Of a DNA stretch of 20,000 nt, positions 1-8,340 are shown in pieces. The notes under the pieces were generated by a model. That model ran no database searches and was not told the DNA's origin. It worked only from the letters and a program-made list of their open reading frames with translations. The stretch is taken from contig JWZX01003253.1 of NCBI GenBank assembly GCA_001275005.1, positions 45,905 through 65,904 of the forward strand, written 5' to 3'. The position numbers and the translations under genes were made by a program. Position 1 is the first letter of the stretch, and every line of letters starts with the position of its first letter. Source of the stretch: Chrysochromulina tobinii (taxonomy: Eukaryota).

Positions 1-2
1 TG

Positions 3-674
3 GATGTGGACGACAACCAGGAGGTGGCGGCCCAGTGCGGCATTCGTGCGATGCCCACCTTCAAATTCTACCGGTGTGGCACGCAGGTGGCCGAGTTCAC
101 CGGCGCGGACGTCAGCAAGCTGCGCATGCTGCTGCAGATGCACGGCGGGCCACCTGTGGACATGAAGGCGAGCACGGAGGTCATTGCGTTCGGGCTCAAG
201 GCACGCCCGGAGTGCAATGGGCGACGTGGCGTCGTTCGCTCGTTCGACACGACCAAGGGCCGGTACGCAGTCGAGCTCGGCGATGCGGGCGACATGCCCG
301 CGGAGACGCTCGCCCTCAAGCGAGACAACCTGATGCAGGCACTCACGGTGGCACTTTCGGAGCCGACGGACGGTAGCCCAGGAGGCATTCCGGAGGCCTT
401 GAGTGGCGTGCCCACGGTAGTTCTTGAAGGCTACGATCCGGACACGAATACGTACTGCGTCAGCTCGGCGAAGGGGTCGGTGGACCATGTGCCGATCGCA
501 TGCTGCTCGCTGCCGGTAGGCGCTGTGGCGGTAGTCCTCGGGCTACAAAACGGGCAAGAGCACAATGGCAAGCCGTGCATGATCATGGGTGTCGCGGCGG
601 ATAGTGGGCGGCTCGAGGTGGCCGTTGACGCGGCTACGACGCTCCGGCTGAAGCGTGCCAACGTGCGAGCTTGA
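3..674 (+). CDS. Thioredoxin-domain protein (5' partial) fused to two copies of a small GLxxxxExNG...RxxV...LKxxN beta-domain
   Basis: The frame is open from the window edge. DVDDNQEVAAQCGIRAMPTFKFYR...AEFTGAD matches the C-terminal half of thioredoxin (cis-Pro MPTF motif); any CxxC site would lie upstream of the window. Two similar segments follow at 180-332 (GLKARPECNGRRG...GRYAV...LALKRDNL) and 528-665 (GLQNGQEHNGKPC...GRLEV...LRLKRANV). Stop TGA at 672-674. Confidence 0.8.
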   Translation, partial: DVDDNQEVAAQCGIRAMPTFKFYRCGTQVAEFTGADVSKLRMLLQMHGGPPVDMKASTEVIAFGLKARPECNGRRGVVRSFDTTKGRYAVELGDAGDMPAETLALKRDNLMQALTVALSEPTDGSPGGIPEALSGVPTVVLEGYDPDTNTYCVSSAKGSVDHVPIACCSLPVGAVAVVLGLQNGQEHNGKPCMIMGVAADSGRLEVAVDAATTLRLKRANVRA

Positions 675-754
675 ATGGGGCCCAACGGCGAATGACACGC
701 GGGCACACCCTGTGACACCTGGGGCACACACTCGTTTACCAAGTTAACAGGCGG

Positions 755-867
755 CGCGAACCCGGGGGGTGAGAGAACTTGTGAGCTGGGGTTCGCGAGA
801 TTCGGTACATTCCGAGAATTTTCGTACCGAATGTTACGAGATTATAAATCACGTTGCAAAATCACGT
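755..867. promoter_or_regulatory. Putative promoter of the EF-hand gene: two adjacent 9-bp inverted repeats and a duplicated AAATCACGT element
   Basis: CGCGAACCC 755-763 / GGGTTCGCG 789-797; ATTCGGTAC 800-808 / GTACCGAAT 824-832; AAATCACGT at 846-854 and 859-867, with TATAAA overlapping the first copy. The element ends just upstream of ATG 895. Function is inferred from position only. Confidence 0.35.
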
Positions 868-894
868 ATAATCTCCGATCTCTTTTGACCCCAC

Positions 895-1716
895 ATGCTG
901 CTCCTCACACTCGCGGCGTCGGCCTTCCACGCGGCGCCTCATGTCTGTTCGGCGCCATCGAGGATGCGATTCACAGCATCAATTGCGGCGGTGGTGGCTG
1001 ATGAGCAGGTGACGGCTCTTGAACCGCAGCTAGCTGCGCTCGAGGCAGCCGCCGTAGCTTTGGTTGGCAAAAAGCTCGACAGTGAGTCAGCCTCCAGGAT
1101 CCGCGGCGTGTCCACCCTTCTTGGCAATCTGGCTGCAGACGACGACACTGCAGACGAGACGGAGAGCCCCGCCGCTAGCGACGACCTTCCAACGGATCAT
1201 TATCTATGGTTGCAAGCGGCGAGCGGCTCTGATGCACAGAGACGCTTGTGGCTGCGGGCGGACGCGTTCTTTGAGGCGATCGACGATAACGGCGACGGGC
1301 AAATAAGCTTCGATGAGCTTGAGCAGCATCTCTCCGGCCTGGGCTTCAAGGCCGGCGCCATTGATCACATCTTCGATTTGCTCGACATATCACGTGACGG
1401 GCTCATCACGAAGGAGGAGCTACGACAGACTCTCGTCACGTACGAAGACCCGGCGCTGCGCATGGCGCTGGGCCTCGGGGCTCCGGACGCTGACGACGTC
1501 TTTGATGAGGTCGATGTCAACGGCGACGGCGAGATCTCGAGGGCAGAGCTCGCCGCGTATCTGGAGCTCAACTCATCATCAGCCGCCGACGTGCCTGCGT
1601 GCGCTCGGACTATCTTCAAGGCGTTGGACATTAACGGCGACGGCAGCCTGTCTCGCGAGGAGCTCCGGGTCGGCTTCGACGAGTATACCGAGTTCCGCCG
1701 TGTACTCGGCTTGTAG
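895..1716 (+). CDS. Four-EF-hand calcium-binding protein with probable bipartite plastid-targeting leader
   Basis: EF loops DDNGDGQISFDE, DISRDGLITKEE, DVNGDGEISRAE and DINGDGSLSREE. The N-terminus MLLLTLAASAFHAAPHVCSAPSRMR has a hydrophobic signal, an ASA-F cleavage motif and a Ser/Arg/Ala transit-like segment. Confidence 0.88.
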   Translation: MLLLTLAASAFHAAPHVCSAPSRMRFTASIAAVVADEQVTALEPQLAALEAAAVALVGKKLDSESASRIRGVSTLLGNLAADDDTADETESPAASDDLPTDHYLWLQAASGSDAQRRLWLRADAFFEAIDDNGDGQISFDELEQHLSGLGFKAGAIDHIFDLLDISRDGLITKEELRQTLVTYEDPALRMALGLGAPDADDVFDEVDVNGDGEISRAELAAYLELNSSSAADVPACARTIFKALDINGDGSLSREELRVGFDEYTEFRRVLGL

Positions 1717-1831
1717 GTCCCACGAGCCACTCAAGCCTCTCGATCGCTGCGGATATACTTAGAACGGAGCGCGCGGACCACGAACTCTCAACTCAGCGCA
1801 CTTCGACTGGACGTCTGAGCTCTGACCGATT

Positions 1832-1890
1832 GGGTTCGGTTGGGAGTCGAGTGGACAGTGGACCCGAACCCGTACCGTACTCACTCGACT
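1832..1890. other. Interleaved inverted repeats with H-type pseudoknot topology in the spacer between convergent genes
   Basis: GGGTTCGG 1832-1839 pairs with CCGAACCC 1864-1871, and AGTCGAGTG 1845-1853 pairs with CACTCGACT 1882-1890, in the order S1a-S2a-S1b-S2b. Confidence 0.35.
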
Positions 1891-2266
1891 ACAGTTGGGA
1901 ATGGGCCATTGGAACGATGCGTTTTTTGGAGCCCAATGCGATGTGAGTTAAATTTAGATGCGGCATCTAAGCGAAAGAAAACGTAGCAAAGTAACGGATA
2001 ACGTAACGGTCCGCTCTGGCCCTCTGGCTCTCGTCTGCCCAGAGCAGCAGCACGCACGGGCGCACAGCCACGCACAGGTGCACGCTCCCGCACCCCCCGT
2101 CTCCGTCTAGCGTCTTAGTTGTGGAGCTTGCATGGTGCTTTGCGAAGGCCCAAGCCTAACTTTTTCCATGCCATGATGAACAATAGGTTGCATGCGTATG
2201 AACTTCTGGTTGTGGCCACGAAGCCGCGCTCCGCACAATAATGCCCGCCGCTAGCAAGGGCTTCGT

Positions 2267-5200
2267 CTAGGCTTCGAACTCGCTCTTGTAAGAGCCAGGG
2301 CCCGTCGGGCCTCCTTTCGAGCTGGGCGCCGCCTTCTTCTGATCACGTAGCGTCTTGGCCTGCAACATCTTTTCGCGAACTCCGCTGCCTTGGCTGCTGC
2401 CACTCAATTGCGGCGAGCGCTGGCCGCCGTTGTCCATCCGCTCGTCGAAGACCTCATCGATGCGCTCCGCTTTGGTGTTGATGGCCAACTCCTTCTGAGC
2501 TCGCGGCTTCGGAAGGACGTCTCGCGCGCTCACACGAGACGAGCCCAGTGGCGTGCTGTCTCCCTTTCGTGCCGTAGTGTCACCCTTACTCTTCTTCTTA
2601 TCGCCGTCATGACGGCGCGCCGAGATGACGCCCGGCGGAAGGTTGGCCGCGCGCGGTGTCGTGAGCTGGCCGCCCTTCTCGGAGGCTCGCTTGGTCAACA
2701 GGCGCGGTGAGATGGGAGCGGCCGCGCGCTGCTTCACACCGGCTGGGCCCACCTCGTCCCACTTGATCTCCGAACCGGTCGCCGCCGCCGCCGCCTCGGC
2801 CCACGCACCGGCCGCAGTCCAAACTGACGAAGCCCATGAGCCCACGGCGGCCGTTACCTCCTTGACCCTCGCGGCTGCGCCCTCGATATCGAACAGGCGC
2901 GCGGCCTGCGTCTGACGCGGCGACAAAAAGTCGGGCGCCAGGTTGTCGATGCCGTCCTTGCCCGTGACACTGACCCATCCGAGAGGCTTGGAGGGCTCCT
3001 CTTCTTTGGCCACGCACACGCGCTGCGTGCCGTCCTCGAGATCGGCGCGCTGCAGAACGACCAGGCGCGAGCCTGCCGCGAGCTTGCCCGCCACAGCACT
3101 CTCGAGCGACGAGCCCTCGCGCATCTTGAGCTCGACACGGGCCACAAAGACTTCGTCCGTCGTGGGCCGATAGAGGAGGAAGAGCTCGTGCTTCGGGTCG
3201 AGGTTCTTGTAGCCCGCCCGTGTGAGCTCGGCATGCGTCGCCTTGAGGAAGATGACGAGATCCTTCCAGAAGAAGCCTCCCTGGCACATGTCGCGCAGCG
3301 TGTAGCCGGCCGCGCGCAGCTGCTTCGAGGTGAAGCCGGCCACGCGCAGCGCCCCCGCAGTGAATCCCACCGCCCGAAGCTCCTCTGCGTAATAGCGTGC
3401 GGCCTTGAGCTCGGTCGCAGTGTAGTCGCCCTCGGCGAGCTCGTGTAGGTGGAATCCCACCTTGCGAAGGATCTTAGACTCGTACCCGGCATGGCGCAGC
3501 GCACGCGTCGAGCGACCGTCCACTGCGAGCACCGCGTGCTCCGGGATGCCGCCCTCGCGCAGATCCTTGAGGCTGAAGCCCTGGTCCTTGAGGTCCTTGA
3601 CCGAGTAGATGCCTCGCATGTCGGCCACCACGTAACCGTACTCGCGGAGCTCGCGCACGGCGTAGCCCGCCTCCTTGAGCTCGTACACCGCGCGTCCATC
3701 GACCGCCGCGACAGCGCGTGCCGTGAAGCCCGCATGCAGCAGTTCCTCCAATGAAAAGCCAAGCTCGTGCAGCTCCTTGATGACGGCGCCAGTGTCCTTG
3801 AGCTGCCCAGCGCCGTAGCCGTACGCTTTGAGCTCCGCCAACGAGAATCCGAGCTTGCGCAGCTGGATCGCGTCGAAGCCCGCCTCTCGCAGGGCGCCCA
3901 CGCCGTAGCCGCACGCGATCAACTCGGCCGCGGTGAACCCGGCCACGAGCAGCTCCTTGGCGGTATAGCCTGCCTCGCTGAGGGCCTTGGCGCCGATGCC
4001 CGCGAGCTTGAGCTCGCCTGCGGTGGCGCCGATGGCCTTCAGGTCGATGATTGCAAACTTGGCGTCGACGAGATCTTGCACAGAATAGCCGGACTTGCGC
4101 AGCTCGAGGCAGAGATAGCCGCAGACCTTCATCTCGTACGCGGAGTAGCCGCCCTCACGCAACTCCTTCGTCGGCCACGCGCCGTCCCTCCACTCCTCTA
4201 TCCGAAAGAAAACCTTGCCCTTGCGCAACTCGGACGCAGTGATGTGCGGCGGCGGGCCGCCGCGCATCTCCTTGGCCGTGTAACCGCCAGTGTCCTCCAG
4301 CACGTCGCCCGTGTTCAGATCGACGCGTCCGCGCGCGCCGAGGGCAATCTCGGCGGCCGTGTAGCCTTGCTGCTTGAGCCGCTGCGCCGTGTACCCAATA
4401 TCTTTCAGCGAGATCATGGGCGTACCCGCCGCCTTGAGCTGCACCAGCGACGTGCCAGCCTCCTTAATCTCTTGCGCCGTGTATCCCGCCTCCATGAGCT
4501 CCCACGCCTGGAAGTCGGCCCCTTTGAGCGAGATGAGGTCGTAGCCCGCCTCCCGCATGAGGACGGCGCTGTGGCCCGCCATGCGCACGCCGCGCGCTGC
4601 GTAGCCCGCCTCGTACATCTGCTTGATCGTGTAGCCCGAGTCGCTCGCCTCCTGCGCCGAGTAGCCCGCGTCCAAGATGCGCGTGCACTCGTAGCCAGCC
4701 TTCTTCATGTCCTGGGCCGTGTAGCCCGCGTCGCGCATCATCTGCACCGAGAAGATCAGAGCCTTGCGCAGGTCCATGGCTGTGAATTGGGCGGCGCGCA
4801 GGTCGGGGATCAGGTAGCCTGCCTCGCCGAGCTCGAGCGCCTTGTACCGACCCTCACGCAGCTCGTCGAGCGTGTACGACTGCGAGTTCTTCATCTGCTG
4901 CGCCGTGTACCCGCCGTCCTTGAGCTCGCGCGCATTGTACCCAATCTTGCACATCTCCTTGGCAGGGATCTCTGCCTCCCACATCTCCTTGGGGGTGTAC
5001 CCGAGGTTCTTGAGCTCCAAGGGCGTGAAGCCGACGGCGGTCAGCTCCTTGGCCTCGAAGAAGCCCTCCTTGAGCTCTTTGGCGGTGAAGCCGATGTCGA
5101 GCAGCTCGCGCGCGCCGAAGCTCACATTCCGCAGCACCTCGGCACTCATCACGACCCTAAAGTGAGCGCGACGGCACATGCCCTTGGACATGAGCTGCGC

Positions 5201-7702
5201 GACCGCCTTTTGCCAGTTCTCGCGCTTGACGCGGCTGTTGCCCGCCTTCTGCGAGTCCGAAAAGATCTTGACCACCGGCGTGTACGAGACCTCGAGCTCG
5301 GACTCGCCCGCCTCCGGGTTGCGGTTCTTGCACAGCAGCTCGAACATGGCGTGCATCTCCTCGCGCTGGGGGCCGTCTTTGGAGAGGAATGGGGTCGCCA
5401 TGAGCGTGGCGAACGCCTTCTCAGGCCCCGCGCGCAGCTGGAGCACCGGGATTCCCCACTTGGTCTTCTGCGAGATGATGAAGGTCTCGAGCGACTCGAG
5501 GGCCTTCTCATCGGACTGCATTACCGTGAGCAACGTCGAGAGCGCCGAGCGCTCCTCCCGCTTGATGGGCGGCATCCACTCGAAGCCCGCGAGCGACAGG
5601 TTGAGGCGCACGAGCGAGTCGTTCTTGCCGAGGGCGTCGACGAGGGAGACCGCCTCGAGGTCCGAGATCTCGTACGCGCACGCCCATGACGTGATCGAAC
5701 CTGCCTTGATGGCATCGAGCGGCAACCCAGCGCCCACGTTCCACAGCTGGATGCCCTTGAGCGCGACCGAGATGCCGGCCTCGCGCGCCTCCTGCACGAG
5801 ATCGTACCATGTCTTGAGCATTGTGAGCGACGAGATCAAGATCGACTTGGGCATGAGCTGGATGAAATTGCCGTTGTCGAACGTATACAGCAGATTGTCC
5901 ACTTCGGAGGCGGTGCCGTCGCGCACATTCCTGCTCACGATGACAAAGATGACCGACTGCATGATCCACTGTGGAAGCGCCTCGACGAGCACCTCGGCGA
6001 TCATGCGCGTCGCGCCGTATGCCGGCACGAAGAGGCGCATCGCCTCGGGCATCGGAGCATACGGCAGCAGACCAAACGGGCCGAGGAACATGAGGAAGTC
6101 GAAGAAGAAGCAGCCGAGGGGCATGCCGAAGTACAAGAAGACCTTGTAGAATGTGGAGTCGGTGCCGTACGTATTTGAGAGGTACGGGAGGACGCGCAGC
6201 CACACGACGAGGAACTGGCCGACGAGCAGGGACGCCGAGACGGCCGCGAATTTGTACGCATGGCAATTGTAGTAGAGCTGGGTGACCTGGAAATCGGAGA
6301 TGAGATCCATAAAGTAGAGATAGATGGTCAGGACGCCCGAGATCGTCTTCTTGAGGATGGTCACCAACAGCTTGGTCGTATCGGCACAACCACCCTGGCG
6401 CGCCTTTTGCGCCTCCGCCTCTGCCGCCGCCGCCGCCTGCGCCTCAAGATCAACCTCCTCCGCCTTCTCCGTCTGCAGGGCCGAGAGCAGCTCAGCCAAT
6501 TTGGCCACCTGCCCCTCGAGCGCCTTCTGACGGTCCTTGAGCGGCTTGCGCACCTCAGGGTCGGCGCCTTCGCCGCGTAGGGTCAGGTAGATGTTGACCT
6601 CCTCGAGCTCCTCGCGCGCGTTGCGCAGCATGAGCATCATCGTGTCCGGGTCCGTCTGCGCCTTGGCCACCCGGGAGATGGCACTCGGCTTGGCTCCCAC
6701 CTTCGAGCCGGCCCTCATGATGATCTTGTACTCTGCCATGTTGACGGTACCATCGGCGTCTGTGTCGGCGGCCTTCATCATCTCTTTCACAATTTCTGGT
6801 TCGAGCTTGCCGAACACCTGGGCGATGGCCTCTGCCATCTCGGTCCCGTCAATCTCACCCGAGCCGTCCTCGTCAATGTCGTTGAAGAGCCGCTCAAGTG
6901 TCTCGTCAGACGGGCCATCGGGACTATCCTCGAGCTCCTCGTACCCCGCGTCTTTCGCAGCTTGCGCCAGCGCGCGATCCCGGAAATATTTGTCGATATC
7001 GGCCTGGAAGAGGAAGAACGTCACGCCGCACGCGAACAGTGTGAAGTCCACTGCAATGAAGCCCCCTGGCTGGTTCTTGCACAAGCTGTTGTACCCGTTG
7101 CCAATGGCATTGATCCACGTCTGCGGATCCAGGTTGGCGTTGCCGAAATAGGCGGCGATCGCCTTCATGGCGGTCATGAAGGGCATCAAAAGGATGCCGA
7201 TCAGCACGTCCAGGTCGAGCGCCTCAGCCAGCGCCGTGAAGATACCAAGCACCACAAGCAAGAGAAGCTTCCAATCCTCGCTGTTGTCTTGCTGTTGTGT
7301 GTAATTCCCTTCCTCCTTCTTCTTCTTCTTCGTGGCCTTCTTGGCCTTCTCAAGCTTGGCCTTCTCCTTATTCACACGATCATCGGCCTCCTTCCTTGCC
7401 ATCGCGTACTTTGGATCCGCTTTCTTTCCGTAGGCCTCTGGCGCAGCGAAAGTGGGCATGTACGACTTCTTGTTCGGCCCAGGCTTCTGCCACACCTCGA
7501 GCTTCTTTGGCGCGGCGGCTGGAGCGGCCGGTGCGGCGGACGGTGGCGCGACAGCAGGGGCGGCAGCGGTAGCTGACGCTGCTACAGCAGCAGGCGCCGC
7601 CAACGGAGCCGCCACCAAGAGAGGCCCTGACGGATCGCTGCTGCCTGCCTCAAGGTCCGGTGCTGCGTCATTTCGATTCAAATCGTCGCCATCGTCAGGC
7701 AT
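2267..7702 (-). CDS. Large multidomain membrane protein: N-terminal TM segments, EF-hand pair, XK-related domain, LRR-like segment, ~60 decapeptide repeats, SH3b-like domain, disordered tail
   Basis: Uninterrupted ORF; first ATG at 7702 (MPDDGDD), stop TAG at 2267-2269. Hydrophobic segments ~7005-7273; EF loops DEDGSGEIDGTE and DTDADGTVNMAE (~6730-6875); XK-like motifs LYFMDLISDFQVTQLYY, EVLVEALPQWIMQ and SILISSLT (~5800-6343); LRR-like EAVSLVDALGKNDSLVRLNLS (~5590-5680); repeats 3209-5122; SH3b-like LKMREGSSLES...GWVS (2939-3148). Confidence 0.88.
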   Translation of the reverse strand: MPDDGDDLNRNDAAPDLEAGSSDPSGPLLVAAPLAAPAAVAASATAAAPAVAPPSAAPAAPAAAPKKLEVWQKPGPNKKSYMPTFAAPEAYGKKADPKYAMARKEADDRVNKEKAKLEKAKKATKKKKKEEGNYTQQQDNSEDWKLLLLVVLGIFTALAEALDLDVLIGILLMPFMTAMKAIAAYFGNANLDPQTWINAIGNGYNSLCKNQPGGFIAVDFTLFACGVTFFLFQADIDKYFRDRALAQAAKDAGYEELEDSPDGPSDETLERLFNDIDEDGSGEIDGTEMAEAIAQVFGKLEPEIVKEMMKAADTDADGTVNMAEYKIIMRAGSKVGAKPSAISRVAKAQTDPDTMMLMLRNAREELEEVNIYLTLRGEGADPEVRKPLKDRQKALEGQVAKLAELLSALQTEKAEEVDLEAQAAAAAEAEAQKARQGGCADTTKLLVTILKKTISGVLTIYLYFMDLISDFQVTQLYYNCHAYKFAAVSASLLVGQFLVVWLRVLPYLSNTYGTDSTFYKVFLYFGMPLGCFFFDFLMFLGPFGLLPYAPMPEAMRLFVPAYGATRMIAEVLVEALPQWIMQSVIFVIVSRNVRDGTASEVDNLLYTFDNGNFIQLMPKSILISSLTMLKTWYDLVQEAREAGISVALKGIQLWNVGAGLPLDAIKAGSITSWACAYEISDLEAVSLVDALGKNDSLVRLNLSLAGFEWMPPIKREERSALSTLLTVMQSDEKALESLETFIISQKTKWGIPVLQLRAGPEKAFATLMATPFLSKDGPQREEMHAMFELLCKNRNPEAGESELEVSYTPVVKIFSDSQKAGNSRVKRENWQKAVAQLMSKGMCRRAHFRVVMSAEVLRNVSFGARELLDIGFTAKELKEGFFEAKELTAVGFTPLELKNLGYTPKEMWEAEIPAKEMCKIGYNARELKDGGYTAQQMKNSQSYTLDELREGRYKALELGEAGYLIPDLRAAQFTAMDLRKALIFSVQMMRDAGYTAQDMKKAGYECTRILDAGYSAQEASDSGYTIKQMYEAGYAARGVRMAGHSAVLMREAGYDLISLKGADFQAWELMEAGYTAQEIKEAGTSLVQLKAAGTPMISLKDIGYTAQRLKQQGYTAAEIALGARGRVDLNTGDVLEDTGGYTAKEMRGGPPPHITASELRKGKVFFRIEEWRDGAWPTKELREGGYSAYEMKVCGYLCLELRKSGYSVQDLVDAKFAIIDLKAIGATAGELKLAGIGAKALSEAGYTAKELLVAGFTAAELIACGYGVGALREAGFDAIQLRKLGFSLAELKAYGYGAGQLKDTGAVIKELHELGFSLEELLHAGFTARAVAAVDGRAVYELKEAGYAVRELREYGYVVADMRGIYSVKDLKDQGFSLKDLREGGIPEHAVLAVDGRSTRALRHAGYESKILRKVGFHLHELAEGDYTATELKAARYYAEELRAVGFTAGALRVAGFTSKQLRAAGYTLRDMCQGGFFWKDLVIFLKATHAELTRAGYKNLDPKHELFLLYRPTTDEVFVARVELKMREGSSLESAVAGKLAAGSRLVVLQRADLEDGTQRVCVAKEEEPSKPLGWVSVTGKDGIDNLAPDFLSPRQTQAARLFDIEGAAARVKEVTAAVGSWASSVWTAAGAWAEAAAAATGSEIKWDEVGPAGVKQRAAAPISPRLLTKRASEKGGQLTTPRAANLPPGVISARRHDGDKKKSKGDTTARKGDSTPLGSSRVSARDVLPKPRAQKELAINTKAERIDEVFDERMDNGGQRSPQLSGSSQGSGVREKMLQAKTLRDQKKAAPSSKGGPTGPGSYKSEFEA
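3209..5122 (-). repeat. Coding tandem array of ~60 degenerate decapeptides, consensus G-[FY]-[TS]-A-x-E-L-[KR]-x-A
   Basis: Examples: GFTAKELKEG, GYTAQEIKEA, GYTAKELLVA, GFTAAELIAC, GFSLAELKAY, GFTSKQLRAA. About 60 units by hand count, with one insertion (ARGRVDLNTGDVLEDTG, ~4285-4340). The units are diverged at the DNA level. Confidence 0.9.
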
Positions 7703-8340
7703 GCCACCTCCGCGGTTAGAGGCAGCAGCCACGAACTGTTCAAGATGTGCGCTATATGCGCGCGCTTCTTCCGCTGGCGTCGACGCGCGCCTCTGCTGTC
7801 AGAGCCCACACGGAGCGCGCACGCACGCCGCCAGCGACGTTGAGGGCCAAAAGTTTTTTTTGGCCAATCCCCCTCAATGACATCTTACCCCACATTGAAC
7901 CGTACACACCACACGTCAACAGCAATACTGGACTCCCCCACATGAAGGAATACACGGCATAGCGCGAAAACGCAACGGGGTCACATTCTTGATTCTTCCG
8001 ACACACTAGGGATCTAGGGTGTTCGCGAGATCAGAGGAGAGAAAGTCTGTAACATGGGGTCCGAGTCACTGATGCCGATGTTGTAGCTGTAGGACCGGAG
8101 TAACAGTCCGACAGTCCATCTCGACGTGAACGAGTTTTGCCGAATTCCAAATGTCCCGAGGAAACGACAAATCCGCGGGCCCTCGCCAGCAGCGCTGAAG
8201 AAACGCAGAAGCGCACTGCCGAGGCGTTGCCTGCAGGCACCACGTCAGGTCTCGCTGCCAAGAAGCAACGGCGCAGCGGGCAGTACGTGGCTGTCCGCCA
8301 AACGTGGGTTGAAAACTTCGAGGACCCGGAGCCGTGTTCG

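Noticed and set aside
3767..5689. 640-aa plus-strand ORF and other long antisense or alternate-frame ORFs (e.g. 10343-11758, 12550-14070, 14500-15732, 8449-9441)
   Set aside because: They are shadows of real genes: high GC and codon bias remove stop codons, and the translations show no recognisable motifs.
791..8031. Shared 10-11-mers between spacers (GTTCGCGAGAT at 791-801 and 8021-8031; AGGGATCTAG at 8008-8017 and 18253-18262; GATTCGGTAC at 799-808 and 18643-18652)
   Set aside because: A few matches of this length are expected by chance across several kb of intergenic DNA, and none extends further.
8137..8340. TTG/GTG-initiated N-terminal extensions in the ORF track (8137, 7732, 10070, 12787, 16333)
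   Set aside because: In a eukaryotic context the first in-frame ATGs are more likely, and at 12868 and 16375 they yield plausible signal peptides.
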